The notes beneath the pieces were generated by a model. That model made no database searches. It worked only from the letters and a program-made list of their open reading frames with translations, and had not been told where the DNA came from. Of a stretch of DNA of 64,000 nt, positions 1-9,929 are shown in pieces. Source of the stretch: Spirochaetia bacterium (lineage in GTDB: Bacteria; Spirochaetota; UBA4802; UBA5550); NCBI GenBank assembly GCA_009885955.1, contig VFJS01000042.1:4623-68622 (forward strand). Reading direction: 5' to 3'. Position numbers and translations under genes: made by a program. How positions within the stretch are numbered: position 1 is the first letter of the stretch; every line of letters begins with the position of its first letter.

Positions 1-2
1 TA

Positions 3-458
3 TTACTCGGGATAAATTTTTTATATTCAGCCCTATCCGTAGAGAAGAAGGTCAGGGAATTGCTCGCTTCCAAAGACAATGTGAGCCAGAATTTCAAGAA
101 GGCCTATATTTTATTAAGGGACCCGCAGATTTTTGCCAGGCATGAATACTTTGATACCGAACAGGACCTCCACTCCGCATATAAGAGCGCAATTGAGTTA
201 AAACTTGAAAAAAAGGAGGACCTTGATAAAATAATAGGGAGCACATACCCGGGCAGGACAGTAAGGGAGGCGCTGAGATATTTTGACAACAAGGTCTATT
301 ATGGGAAGGAAATCACCTCCGATGAAAAGAGATACCTGGAAGTTCTCCTTGACAGAAGGTATAAAGGCGCAAGGCTTGGAAGAAATACGATGATTTTCAT
401 ACTCCTCCTGTCTGCAGTCAGCGCCTGTCTCTTTTTTGTTGAAAGAAAGATAAGCTGA
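3..458 (+). CDS. hypothetical membrane protein, 5'-partial
   Basis: Frame is open from base 3 to TGA at 456-458; C-terminal hydrophobic helix (MIFILLLSAVSACLFFV). Confidence 0.6.
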   Translation, partial: LLGINFLYSALSVEKKVRELLASKDNVSQNFKKAYILLRDPQIFARHEYFDTEQDLHSAYKSAIELKLEKKEDLDKIIGSTYPGRTVREALRYFDNKVYYGKEITSDEKRYLEVLLDRRYKGARLGRNTMIFILLLSAVSACLFFVERKIS

Positions 459-732
459 CTGCGATTATACAGGATTAACCTGATAATCTTAATGTAACGT
501 CCCCTGAAAAAACATTTTTTTCTCTGCACGCGGGAACAACGGGATTGCTGAAAAAGGCATCCTGTTATTCTGCTGATTTCTGATAACGTACCTCCTCACT
601 ACTATGGAAAGAAGCCCCTTTTAGCAGAATTGCCTCCTTTTATTTTACAAGGTCCCCTTATATATATAAAAATTGTTGATATTTTAATCAGTGAACTTTA
701 TACTGATATTATCATAAGGATAATTTGTAAAA

Positions 733-1836
733 ATGGCCAAAAGGATAATGCTCATCGATGATGAGGAATCTGTACGGAATATCATGGAAAAGATCCTTGT
801 GCGCTCGGGATATACGGTATTTACCGCACAGAATGGAGTTGATGCCCTGAAGAAGCTGAAAGATCATGAAATCGATCTCATCATGCTCGATATGAATATG
901 CCTCAGATGAACGGAATCGAATTTCTCAAGTTCTACAGGATGGAGTTCAGGAGGGAAATTCCGGTGCTCATGGTCACGGGAAATACCGACCAGGAATTGA
1001 GGCTCCAGTGCTACAATCTGGGTGTTTACGACTTCATTGGAAAACCCGAAGACACCGAGGTAATGCTTAAAAGGATTGAGAACGGCCTGAAAATCGGGGA
1101 AATGATAAAGTATAACCGTTCTGTAAGATCCGATCTCATGACTGCAAACAAACTCCAGCGGTACCTCTATCCCCCGCAGTGGGCGGAAATGGACAGGGCC
1201 GAGATTTTCGCCTGGTTCAGGCCCGTAGCAGACATAGGCGGTGACCTCTATGATTATGTTATGCTGGAAGACGGCCGGGTGATATTCTTCGTCTGTGATG
1301 TATCAGGCCACGGCATATCAGCAGCCCTTTTCACAATGCTGGTTAAGATGATATTCCGAAGGGCGCTCGGCAGCACAACATCGCCCGGTGAAATTATGAC
1401 AATTCTGAATAACGAGATTTCAGGGAATATCCCTGTGGAGTCATTTATAACCATGTTCTGCGGATGCTTTGATCCCGTGAACATGACTGTTGAGTATTCA
1501 AACGCCGGGCATCCCATGCCCTTTCTTCTGATGGATGATTCTGTTGATGAGCTCCAGGGGAACGGGCCGTTCCTGGGGCCGATAAAAAATGTGAAATTCA
1601 TAACATACATGAGAGAGGTGGAAAACAGCAGGGCGCTGATTGTTTTCTCCGACGGTGTCATGGATATTACTGATGATAATGATGATGAAAAAATCGGCAA
1701 GAGGCTCCTCCTTGAGGGGCTGGGCGCAAAAAATCTCTCTTTCAAGGATAAGTTCGCGAAGATGAAATATAATCTCACCAGGGATAAGGTCAGAATCAAC
1801 GACGACAGCTCGGTTCTTGTTTTATTCTTCAAGTAG
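733..1836 (+). CDS. response regulator receiver + PP2C/SpoIIE-type Ser/Thr phosphatase
   Basis: REC (IMLIDDE, LDMNMP, KP) followed by SpoIIE motifs IGGDLYD, CDVSGHG, NAGHP, FSDGV, DDSS. Confidence 0.9.
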   Translation: MAKRIMLIDDEESVRNIMEKILVRSGYTVFTAQNGVDALKKLKDHEIDLIMLDMNMPQMNGIEFLKFYRMEFRREIPVLMVTGNTDQELRLQCYNLGVYDFIGKPEDTEVMLKRIENGLKIGEMIKYNRSVRSDLMTANKLQRYLYPPQWAEMDRAEIFAWFRPVADIGGDLYDYVMLEDGRVIFFVCDVSGHGISAALFTMLVKMIFRRALGSTTSPGEIMTILNNEISGNIPVESFITMFCGCFDPVNMTVEYSNAGHPMPFLLMDDSVDELQGNGPFLGPIKNVKFITYMREVENSRALIVFSDGVMDITDDNDDEKIGKRLLLEGLGAKNLSFKDKFAKMKYNLTRDKVRINDDSSVLVLFFK

Positions 1837-1893
1837 TACCCCGGCCCGGACTTCTCACCGGTGAAAATATCATCGCCCCGTATTTCAGGACTT

Positions 1894-2844
1894 TTATTTT
1901 ACCGACAGGAAACCACCGAAGACCCAGCCGGTTTTATGCTTCCACCTGACCCTGCTCCATCTCCCTGTTGTGCCCGAGATTGTAACTTCGTCACCGCTGA
2001 CTTCAAGGAGTTCCACCATGCCGCCTTCCGGTATAAGGTCAATTTTTGTTCCGTTCAAATCAGGTGATTCCCTGAGCCTGAGCCCTCCTTTTGATGTGAC
2101 TACCCTGGATTTCTCCATCGCGGCGTTGTCATGGGTGAGGTCAACCTCCGGGGAGTTTCCCTGCCGGAGGTCGAGCTCTGCAAGTTTTATCTTTCCGAGT
2201 TCCGAATATATCCCGTTTCCGTTTTTGAGCCTGGTGAGGATCTCCCTTGCGGTATCGAAGTCCTTCACCGAGGATGAATTATCGGCCATGATAAACGAGG
2301 CCTCCTCGTAGGCGCAGGCTTCGGGAATCATTTTTTCATCAGTCACAAAGCCGCCCTGAACCCATTTATCCTCGATCCATTTTTTTGTCCCGGTCCCGGT
2401 GTAGATATTGCCGAAGAATATCCGCGTCCAGTTCGCCTTTTCCTCGACTATAAAACCCAGGGCACCCATGGGTATTGTGAAGGATGATTCGCTGCCGGCG
2501 CTGTTCTTCACGTAGGATTTTGTTTCTTCCGTGAAGATTGCGGGCTTCTCCGCCAGGAATTCGGATTTAAGAAAGCCGAGCCTGTCTCCGGAGAGCCTTA
2601 TTCTGGAGACATCAATCTCCCTTTTGTTTATGGAAACCTTTTCAAAGCCCAGAAGGTCAACAGGCTCACCCTTGGATACAGACGTTAAGACTTTTTTCAG
2701 TTCCCTGTCGCCATAGGCGCCGGTCTTGAACCGGGCATATTTTTTTGTCATTGCTCCTTCGTCCCTGATTGTTTCAGGCTCCTTTTTGCACCCTCCGGCT
2801 GTTAGTATCCATGTGATTGCAGTTAATAATAAAAATATTTTCAT
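1894..2844 (-). CDS. lipoprotein with C-terminal bacterial SH3 domain
   Basis: Signal peptide ending TAGGC; C-terminal GLRLRESPDL...WSRVRWKHKTGWVFGGFL is SH3b-like. Confidence 0.75.
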   Translation of the reverse strand: MKIFLLLTAITWILTAGGCKKEPETIRDEGAMTKKYARFKTGAYGDRELKKVLTSVSKGEPVDLLGFEKVSINKREIDVSRIRLSGDRLGFLKSEFLAEKPAIFTEETKSYVKNSAGSESSFTIPMGALGFIVEEKANWTRIFFGNIYTGTGTKKWIEDKWVQGGFVTDEKMIPEACAYEEASFIMADNSSSVKDFDTAREILTRLKNGNGIYSELGKIKLAELDLRQGNSPEVDLTHDNAAMEKSRVVTSKGGLRLRESPDLNGTKIDLIPEGGMVELLEVSGDEVTISGTTGRWSRVRWKHKTGWVFGGFLSVK

Positions 2845-3309
2845 ACATTCTCCGGTGATGTATTGGCTTTAATATAATGACAGCCGATGGGACAGCCGGC
2901 ACTTTTTTAAATGTAACGACTATTTTTCATATGTATTTCATTTTCTGCTGTGTTAATCCGTGTAAATCTGCGGGCAAATTAATTTTTCCAACTTTGTATT
3001 TACCCATGAACAGTATCCCGATTATATCCTGAGAGTCAATAATTTTTAACGGAAGGTGAGCATGATAATATTTTATTGTTGGAGATATAGCAGGCTCATA
3101 CAATTGTTTTCATTTCCCATTAAATCAGTAGGATTCGTTATCAACCCTGATCCCGCAGCCGATTCAGAAAGAATGATTGGATGTAATAAACAAATCTTTT
3201 ATATCAGATTTTATCAATTTTATATTGACAATATTAAAATTTGGTATTAATAATAATTAATCATCTTTTAATTTTATCATAATATATAATTTTTTAATGG
3301 AGCAGCCCC

Positions 3310-5448
3310 ATGGGTGACAATGAAATAAGGCAGGCGTTTTTAACCGAAGCTAAGGAAATTATTGAAAATCTTGAATCGGACATAGTCCAGCTTGAGGAAA
3401 ATGCCGGCGACAGGGAGATTATTAACAGGATATTCCGCTATTTTCATACCCTGAAGGGGAGCTCCGGGATAGCCGGGTTTACCGAGGTTTATGAATTTTC
3501 CCATAAAATTGAAAACCTCCTGGACGCAGTCAGGGGCGGTAAAATTGAGGTTACTGACAGCCTTATTGACCTAATCCTTGACAGCATGGACTGGATACGG
3601 GACTCAATTTTCACCGAGGGGGAAGGCGATGCGGCCATGAATGAGAGGAAATCCATCCTCCTTGGTAAAGTTGGAGAATTCAAAAAGCCCGATGCCTCAG
3701 TTGAAAAACCATTAAAATCCGAAGATGCGGCCAAAGCCCGGGCGGCTGCGCATGAAAAGGAAGATGCCGCGAATAAATACAAGTATTACAGGGTCAGGGC
3801 ATCGTTCATTGAAAAGATTTTTGAATTCGGTATCGATCCGCTCATGGTCATGGAGGACCTGGCCTCGCATGGCCCTATCATAAAAAATATTGTTGATAAA
3901 CAGAACCTTCCCGAATTTGAAGGAATCGATCCTGAAAAGTGCTACCTTTCCTGGGATATCATCATAAAATCAAAATCGGCCCTGAACCAGATAAACGATG
4001 TCTTCATTTTTGTGAAGGATGAAAACAAGATAACCGTGGAGGATGTTACTTCGCAGTACATGAGTGAGGAGAAGCTGCATGCCCCTGTATACGAAAAGAA
4101 GTTAGGCGAAATTATGCTCGAAAGCGGCATTATCAGCGAAAATGAGCTCGATGAGGCCATCGCCCTTCAGAATGTTGAGGGAAAGAGGTTCGGCGATATT
4201 ATTGTAAACAAGGGTTTTGCCTCGGAAGAGGAGGTGGAACACGCCATAAAAGAGCAGGCTATCTTAAAGAAGAAAGTTGAAAACACTACCGTGAGAGTGG
4301 ATACGGTCAGACTCGACAACATACTTAACCTCCTGGGTGAAATTGTCATAGGCCAGTCCTCTCTTTCGAGGATCGCCCATGAGATGGAGAATGATTACGG
4401 GACTCAGCTGAAAAATATCATCTACGGCCTGGACAGGACCACCAGGGAATTCCAGGAGCAGATAATGTCCATCAGGATGATCCCCATTGGCCCCACCTTC
4501 AACCAGTTCCGGAGATTTGTTCGGGACATCGCCCATTCCCTCCATAAGGAGATGAAGTTTGTCCTTGAAGGCGAGGAGACGGAGCTCGATAAAACCGTTA
4601 TTGAAAGGATAGATGACCCGTTGAAGCACATGATACGGAACTCCATCGACCATGGGATAGAGCAACCCGAGGAGAGGGTGAAGGCCGGGAAGGACCCTGC
4701 CGGAACAATAACGCTCAAGGCCTACCACCAGGAGGGGAATGTCTTCATAGAAGTCAATGACGACGGCAAGGGGATCGACGAGGAGAGGGTCAGGGAAAAG
4801 GCCATATCAATGAACCTCATAAAGCCCGACGAGGAGGCATCAAGGGAGAAGCTGCTCTCCTTCCTGTTCATGCCCGGCTTTTCGACGGCAAAGAAGGTGG
4901 GCGACCTTTCGGGCAGGGGCGTGGGCATGGATGTTGTGAAGACGAACATCGAAAGCCTCAGGGGCTCAGTGGAGATCAGGTCCGAGAAGGGGAGGGGTTC
5001 ATCGGTAAAAATTAAACTTCCCCTCACCCTCGCCATCATTGACGGCATGCTTACAAAGACTGGAAACAATACCTATATCATCCCGCTCCTCTCTGTCATG
5101 GAAACCATACGGCCTGCACGGGAGGACATTAAGACTATAGAAGGTAAGGGCGAAGTGGTGTCATACAGGGGCGAGTACCTCTCCCTCATACGGCTGTATG
5201 AAATTTTCAATATAAAGCCCAGGTACGAGAACCCGTGGGAGGCCCTTGTAGTCATTGTGGAATCCGGAAGGACGAAGGTTGGACTCCTGATAGACGACAT
5301 GATCGGCCAGCAGCAGATTGTAATCAAGAGCCTGGACAACTATATAACACAGAGCAGGGCCGTATCCGGCGCTTCAATTCTCGGAGACGGAAAGGTGGCT
5401 CTGATCATTGACATTTTCGGCCTTATGGAAGATGTCGTGAGCGCTTAG
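3310..5448 (+). CDS. cheA: chemotaxis histidine kinase CheA
   Basis: Hpt FHTLKGSSG; HMIRNSIDHGIE, DDGKG, GFSTA, SGRGVGMDVV; C-terminal CheW domain. Confidence 0.97.
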   Translation: MGDNEIRQAFLTEAKEIIENLESDIVQLEENAGDREIINRIFRYFHTLKGSSGIAGFTEVYEFSHKIENLLDAVRGGKIEVTDSLIDLILDSMDWIRDSIFTEGEGDAAMNERKSILLGKVGEFKKPDASVEKPLKSEDAAKARAAAHEKEDAANKYKYYRVRASFIEKIFEFGIDPLMVMEDLASHGPIIKNIVDKQNLPEFEGIDPEKCYLSWDIIIKSKSALNQINDVFIFVKDENKITVEDVTSQYMSEEKLHAPVYEKKLGEIMLESGIISENELDEAIALQNVEGKRFGDIIVNKGFASEEEVEHAIKEQAILKKKVENTTVRVDTVRLDNILNLLGEIVIGQSSLSRIAHEMENDYGTQLKNIIYGLDRTTREFQEQIMSIRMIPIGPTFNQFRRFVRDIAHSLHKEMKFVLEGEETELDKTVIERIDDPLKHMIRNSIDHGIEQPEERVKAGKDPAGTITLKAYHQEGNVFIEVNDDGKGIDEERVREKAISMNLIKPDEEASREKLLSFLFMPGFSTAKKVGDLSGRGVGMDVVKTNIESLRGSVEIRSEKGRGSSVKIKLPLTLAIIDGMLTKTGNNTYIIPLLSVMETIRPAREDIKTIEGKGEVVSYRGEYLSLIRLYEIFNIKPRYENPWEALVVIVESGRTKVGLLIDDMIGQQQIVIKSLDNYITQSRAVSGASILGDGKVALIIDIFGLMEDVVSA

Positions 5449-5467
5449 GTATAAAAGGAGACTATCC

Positions 5468-5716
5468 ATGATAATTGAAGAGGAAATTTTCGGAATAAAG
5501 CATGTACGCAAATTCTACGGAAATCTGAAGGAAGAATACAAAAGCGGGATTGAATTAATCATCGATTTCAAGAGCGTGAAGAGGGTGGATCTCTCAATAG
5601 TCCAGGTTCTCACCGCTGTCGTACGGATGGCCAGGAAGGACGGCAGGGTTGTGAAGTTCAAATCTCTTTCGGAAGATGTAAAAAATCAGATGATCTTGTG
5701 CGGATTGAAGATCTGA
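5468..5716 (+). CDS. STAS domain protein
   Basis: IDFKSVKRVDLSIVQVL STAS-like motif; GGAG RBS; position in che operon. Confidence 0.8.
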   Translation: MIIEEEIFGIKHVRKFYGNLKEEYKSGIELIIDFKSVKRVDLSIVQVLTAVVRMARKDGRVVKFKSLSEDVKNQMILCGLKI

Positions 5717-5750
5717 TGATCGATATAATGATACTATATTGGAGGTTTTG

Positions 5751-6125
5751 ATGGGGAAGTATATAATGATAATTGATGATTCGCCTACCATAAGGATTAG
5801 CGTTGAATTCGCTATAAAAAATATGGGATACGATATTCAACAGGCGGAGAACGGCGTTGACGCCCTGGAAAAAATCAAAACGATCATAAGCAAGGGGAAC
5901 GAAATATCACTCTGTATCTCCGATATCAACATGCCCCAGATGGATGGAATTACCTTCATCAAGGAGTTCAGGAAAACTGATAAATTTACCCCGGTTATCA
6001 TTCTCACTACGGAATCGGAGGATAACAAGATTAATCAGGGGAAGGAGGCAGGGGCCTCGGGATGGATTATCAAGCCCTTTCAGCCTGCGGAACTCGTCAA
6101 CGTGGTAAAAAAGTTTTTGAAATAG
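5751..6125 (+). CDS. cheY: chemotaxis response regulator CheY
   Basis: Single REC domain (IDDS, DINMPQMDG, LTTES, WIIKPF); ATG 5751 follows GGAGG. Confidence 0.9.
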   Translation: MGKYIMIIDDSPTIRISVEFAIKNMGYDIQQAENGVDALEKIKTIISKGNEISLCISDINMPQMDGITFIKEFRKTDKFTPVIILTTESEDNKINQGKEAGASGWIIKPFQPAELVNVVKKFLK

Positions 6126-6134
6126 GGAGCTTGT

Positions 6135-6638
6135 ATGTCAAAGGCAATAGAAAAAGAATTCGTCGGCAGCAGGATGGCCGACGAGCAGCAGTTCGTCACA
6201 TTTTTTATAGACGGGGATACTTTCGGCATCCAGGCCGGCAAGGTGCAGGAGATCATTGGAATGACAGAGATCACCTATGTCCCCAGAACCCTGTCATACC
6301 TCAAAGGGGTCATCAACCTCAGGGGGGCGGTTGTACCGGTAATCGACATGAGGGCGAAGTTCAGGATTGAGGAGATTGCCTATGTCAGCACCACGGTCAT
6401 CATAATTGTCGAGGTGGAAAGCAGGCTCATAGGCCTCATCGTCGATTCGGTTTCTGATGTACTGAATATTCCGGTAAAGGGGATAAATGAAACGCCGCAC
6501 TTCAGCTCAAGGATCGAAACCGACATTATCGAAAGCATAGGGCAGGTGAACGATAACCTCATAATCATCATAAATGTTGAAATGATAATAACCCAGCGTG
6601 AATTTGAAGAGGTCAAATATTCCGGTAAAAGGGTATGA
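6135..6638 (+). CDS. cheW: chemotaxis coupling protein CheW
   Basis: GVINLRGAVVPVIDMR and GLIVDSVSDV motifs. Confidence 0.95.
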   Translation: MSKAIEKEFVGSRMADEQQFVTFFIDGDTFGIQAGKVQEIIGMTEITYVPRTLSYLKGVINLRGAVVPVIDMRAKFRIEEIAYVSTTVIIIVEVESRLIGLIVDSVSDVLNIPVKGINETPHFSSRIETDIIESIGQVNDNLIIIINVEMIITQREFEEVKYSGKRV

Positions 6639-6668
6639 TCCGGTGAATATACACAATAAATTTTCAGG

Positions 6669-7268
6669 ATGGCTTTCATGATCAAGAGTGAAAGCAGCAA
6701 GTTCGGCAAACCATTATATATTCTCTATCCCGGCGATTATTTTGCATCGAAGGATGACTGCATCATAGGGACCATAACCGGAACGTGCATTGTAATCTGT
6801 CTCTATGACCCACAGAGGGGCATAGGCGGCATGGGGCATTTTATCGTGCCCGGGTCAATAGGCACTTCGGGGATTATATCCGATGAAATCGCGAGCAGCG
6901 GGGTAACGAGCATAGAATATCTCCTGGGCGAAATTGTGAAGCTCGGCGGTGACCGGCGGTTTCTCAGGGCCAAGGTTTTCGGCGCCGGGTATTTGAATTC
7001 GGGCAAGGCTGAGGAGATAAAACTTTCAGACAGCAATATAAGGTTTATCAATGAATATTTTCTCATTGAAAACATTTCCGTGGAAAGGAGCGACCTGGGC
7101 GGTGATTTCAGGAGAAGGATTTATTTTTCCGTGAAGGACGGCGTGATATACCGGCAGATTCTCCAGAATAATGAAGAATCATCGGAATTTATAAAGCTTG
7201 AACAGGAATATGTGGATATCCAGTTCAGGAACAAGAAAAAGAGCGGCCGGATTATTTTATTTGAGTAG
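6669..7268 (+). CDS. cheD: chemoreceptor glutamine deamidase CheD, paralogue 1
   Basis: PGDYF, GTCIVICLYD, GGMGHF, AKVFGAG, DLGG..RR motifs. Confidence 0.85.
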   Translation: MAFMIKSESSKFGKPLYILYPGDYFASKDDCIIGTITGTCIVICLYDPQRGIGGMGHFIVPGSIGTSGIISDEIASSGVTSIEYLLGEIVKLGGDRRFLRAKVFGAGYLNSGKAEEIKLSDSNIRFINEYFLIENISVERSDLGGDFRRRIYFSVKDGVIYRQILQNNEESSEFIKLEQEYVDIQFRNKKKSGRIILFE

Positions 7269-7285
7269 ATGGCAACAGGGATTTC

Positions 7286-8116
7286 ATGATTTTAATCGAG
7301 CTTGGCGATGAGGAGTTTTTAAAATTCAAGGAGTTGATTTATTCCGAGGCGGGGATCAAGCTTTCGGATATGAAAAAGGCCCTTGTCCAGGCAAGGCTCT
7401 CAATGAGGGTAAGGACCCTGGGGCTTAATTCATACAGGGAATATTATGAATACCTCATGAGTAATTACGATTCCGAAAAAATAGATTTTATCAATTCCAT
7501 CACAACCAATAAAACAGAATTTTTCAGGGAAAACAAGCATTTCGAATACATCAAGGAAATATATCTTCCTGAACTCCTCAGTACAAAAGCCTCCAATATC
7601 AGGTTCTGGTGCGCGGGGTGTTCCACAGGAGAGGAGCCCTATTCCCTGGCAATCACGCTCTTCCAATATTTCGGGAAAACAAAATTTCCCGATATCAAAA
7701 TCCTGGCTACTGACATCGATACGAATGTCCTGGAATTTGCCAGGAACGGGATCTACGGCATCAACCAGACGGAAAAGATTGACCCCGCAATTCTGAAAAA
7801 TTATTTTGATAAAGGAAAAGGGGAACAGGATGGGTTTTTCAAGGTAAAGGATTTCGTGAAGGAGAAAATTTCTTTCAGGAGGATGAACCTGCTCGACCAG
7901 GAATATCCGATGAAAAAGGAATTCGATATAATTTTCTGCAGAAATGTTATTATCTATTTTGACAAGGAGACCCAGAAGGAGCTTTTCAAAAAATATTACA
8001 AGTATCTGGCAAGTTGGGGAAGGCTCTTTATAGGGCATTCTGAGAATATTATGAATGTCACAAACCTTTTCTCCCTGGTGGGAAATACGATCTACAGGAA
8101 AAATACCAGCGTTTGA
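7286..8116 (+). CDS. cheR: chemotaxis methyltransferase CheR
   Basis: TTNKTEFFRE, AGCSTGEEPYS, ATDID, FCRNVIIYF, IGHSE. Confidence 0.97.
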   Translation: MILIELGDEEFLKFKELIYSEAGIKLSDMKKALVQARLSMRVRTLGLNSYREYYEYLMSNYDSEKIDFINSITTNKTEFFRENKHFEYIKEIYLPELLSTKASNIRFWCAGCSTGEEPYSLAITLFQYFGKTKFPDIKILATDIDTNVLEFARNGIYGINQTEKIDPAILKNYFDKGKGEQDGFFKVKDFVKEKISFRRMNLLDQEYPMKKEFDIIFCRNVIIYFDKETQKELFKKYYKYLASWGRLFIGHSENIMNVTNLFSLVGNTIYRKNTSV

Positions 8117-8135
8117 AAAAAGCTGAGAAAATTTT

Positions 8136-8182
8136 GCCACAGAGGCACGGAGACACACTCTGAGCCTCTGTGTCTCCGTGGC
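8136..8182. repeat. intergenic palindromic (REP-like) hairpin
   Basis: gccacagaggcacggag / ctctgtgtctccgtggc form a 17-bp stem with 1 mismatch and 2 G-U pairs. Confidence 0.7.
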
Positions 8183-8206
8183 TGATTATTGAGAAAGGAG
8201 AAGGAT

Positions 8207-8764
8207 ATGTACATAAGGCACAGCAGTAAATTTAACAAGGAAACTAAAATTATTAATCCCGGGGAATTTTATGTTTCCGATAAAGATGAACTCATCGGGA
8301 CTCTCCTGGGGTCATGCATTTCAGTCTGCCTCCATGACCCGGTGAATAAAATTTCCGGCATGAACCACTTTATGCTGCCGGGGAAAATATCATCGAGTGA
8401 TATTTTCCAGGATAAGTCCGCAAGATATGGTATAACCGCCATCAACCAGCTTATGTCCGCTATGATAAATATTGGAGCCGGAAGGAAAAACTTTACGGCT
8501 AAGATTTTCGGCGGTGGGCATGTCCTTGACACGAACAATAATATCACCATACCATCGGAAAACACAAGGCTTGCCATGGTCATGATGGAATTCGAGGACA
8601 TCCATATAGAAAAAAGCGACGTCGGGGACATATACACCAGGAAGCTCCTCATGGATGTCATGACCGGCAAGGTCTATCTGAAGAAGACCACAAGGCAGGA
8701 GGTCCTTGAATCTATTGTTCAGAAGGAGACTGAATTCGCCAAGAGAAGTTTCGCAGGTGGATAA
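8207..8764 (+). CDS. cheD: chemoreceptor glutamine deamidase CheD, paralogue 2
   Basis: PGEFY, TLLGSCISVCLHD, GMNHFMLP, AKIFGGG; ATG 8207 follows AGGAG/AAGGA. Confidence 0.92.
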   Translation: MYIRHSSKFNKETKIINPGEFYVSDKDELIGTLLGSCISVCLHDPVNKISGMNHFMLPGKISSSDIFQDKSARYGITAINQLMSAMINIGAGRKNFTAKIFGGGHVLDTNNNITIPSENTRLAMVMMEFEDIHIEKSDVGDIYTRKLLMDVMTGKVYLKKTTRQEVLESIVQKETEFAKRSFAGG

Positions 8765-9827
8765 AATAAAAGTCCTTATTGTTGATGACTCGGCCCTCAT
8801 GAGGAAGTATCTTACCGATCTGATTGGCAGGTCGAACAAGATAGAAGTGGTTGGTACTGCCATGGATCCCTATATCGCCGTGACCAAGATACAGAAGCTG
8901 AACCCGGACATTATCACCCTTGACATTGAGATGCCCAGGATGGACGGCCTCACGTTTCTGTCGAAGCTCATGATATCCAATCCGATTCCGGTGATCATGG
9001 TCAGCTCCTTGACCGATGCCGGGGCAAAATCGACAATGAAGGCGCTTGAACTCGGAGCCGTGGACTTTGTCCTGAAACCGAATATCAGCGGCAGCGAAGG
9101 GAGTGATGAATTCTCAAAAATGCTTATTGATAAAATCCTGGCCACGGGGAGGCTGAAGCTGAAAAAGAAGATTTCACGGGTGGAGCCCGGGCACGATATA
9201 AAGCATACCGCGGACATCATACTGGAAAAAAAGGATGCCTCCAGGCTTAAAACATCAAGCCAGAAAGTAATAGCCATAGGCGCCTCAACGGGCGGGACAG
9301 AGGTGATTCACAAAATACTTACCGGGCTATCGGAAAATGTGCCCGGCATTGTCATTACCCAGCACATGCCTGAAAAATTCACCGATGCTTTTGCCCGGAG
9401 GGTGGATGCCGCCTCATCCCTTTATGTAAAAGAGGGGGTTCATGGCGAGCGGCTTTACAGGGGTATGGCTATTGTCGCTCCCGGGGGGAAACACATGCTG
9501 CTCAGGTCCGACAGCAGGGGGTACTTTGTGGAAATTAATGAGGGCCCGCCGGTGAACAGGCATAAGCCGTCAGTGGATGTACTTTTCAGATCGGTGAGCC
9601 AGTGCGCCGGATCTTCGGCAACAGGGATCATATGCACCGGTATGGGGAATGACGGGGCTGCCGGGCTCCTCGAGATGAAACAGGCAGGCGCAAAGACCCT
9701 CGCGCAGAGCGAAAGTTCATGCATAGTCTACGGTATGCCGAAAGAGGCCGTGCTGCTGGGGGCTGTTGACATAGAGACCTCTATTGAAGGAATAATTGAA
9801 CAGATCAAAATGATTAATCCCGATTAA
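8757..9827 (+). CDS. cheB: chemotaxis methylesterase CheB
   Basis: REC + GASTGG, TQHMP, HKPSVDVLF, TGMGNDGA; GTG start inferred from REC domain boundary. Confidence 0.96.
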   Translation: MDKIKVLIVDDSALMRKYLTDLIGRSNKIEVVGTAMDPYIAVTKIQKLNPDIITLDIEMPRMDGLTFLSKLMISNPIPVIMVSSLTDAGAKSTMKALELGAVDFVLKPNISGSEGSDEFSKMLIDKILATGRLKLKKKISRVEPGHDIKHTADIILEKKDASRLKTSSQKVIAIGASTGGTEVIHKILTGLSENVPGIVITQHMPEKFTDAFARRVDAASSLYVKEGVHGERLYRGMAIVAPGGKHMLLRSDSRGYFVEINEGPPVNRHKPSVDVLFRSVSQCAGSSATGIICTGMGNDGAAGLLEMKQAGAKTLAQSESSCIVYGMPKEAVLLGAVDIETSIEGIIEQIKMINPD

Positions 9828-9929
9828 TTATTTGACAAATATCCTGCCTTTTTAGCAATTAAATTTGAACAATTTTTTTTCACAGGATACATGTCATGTG
9901 AGCCCTTTTTCATTAATATGGAGGATCTG

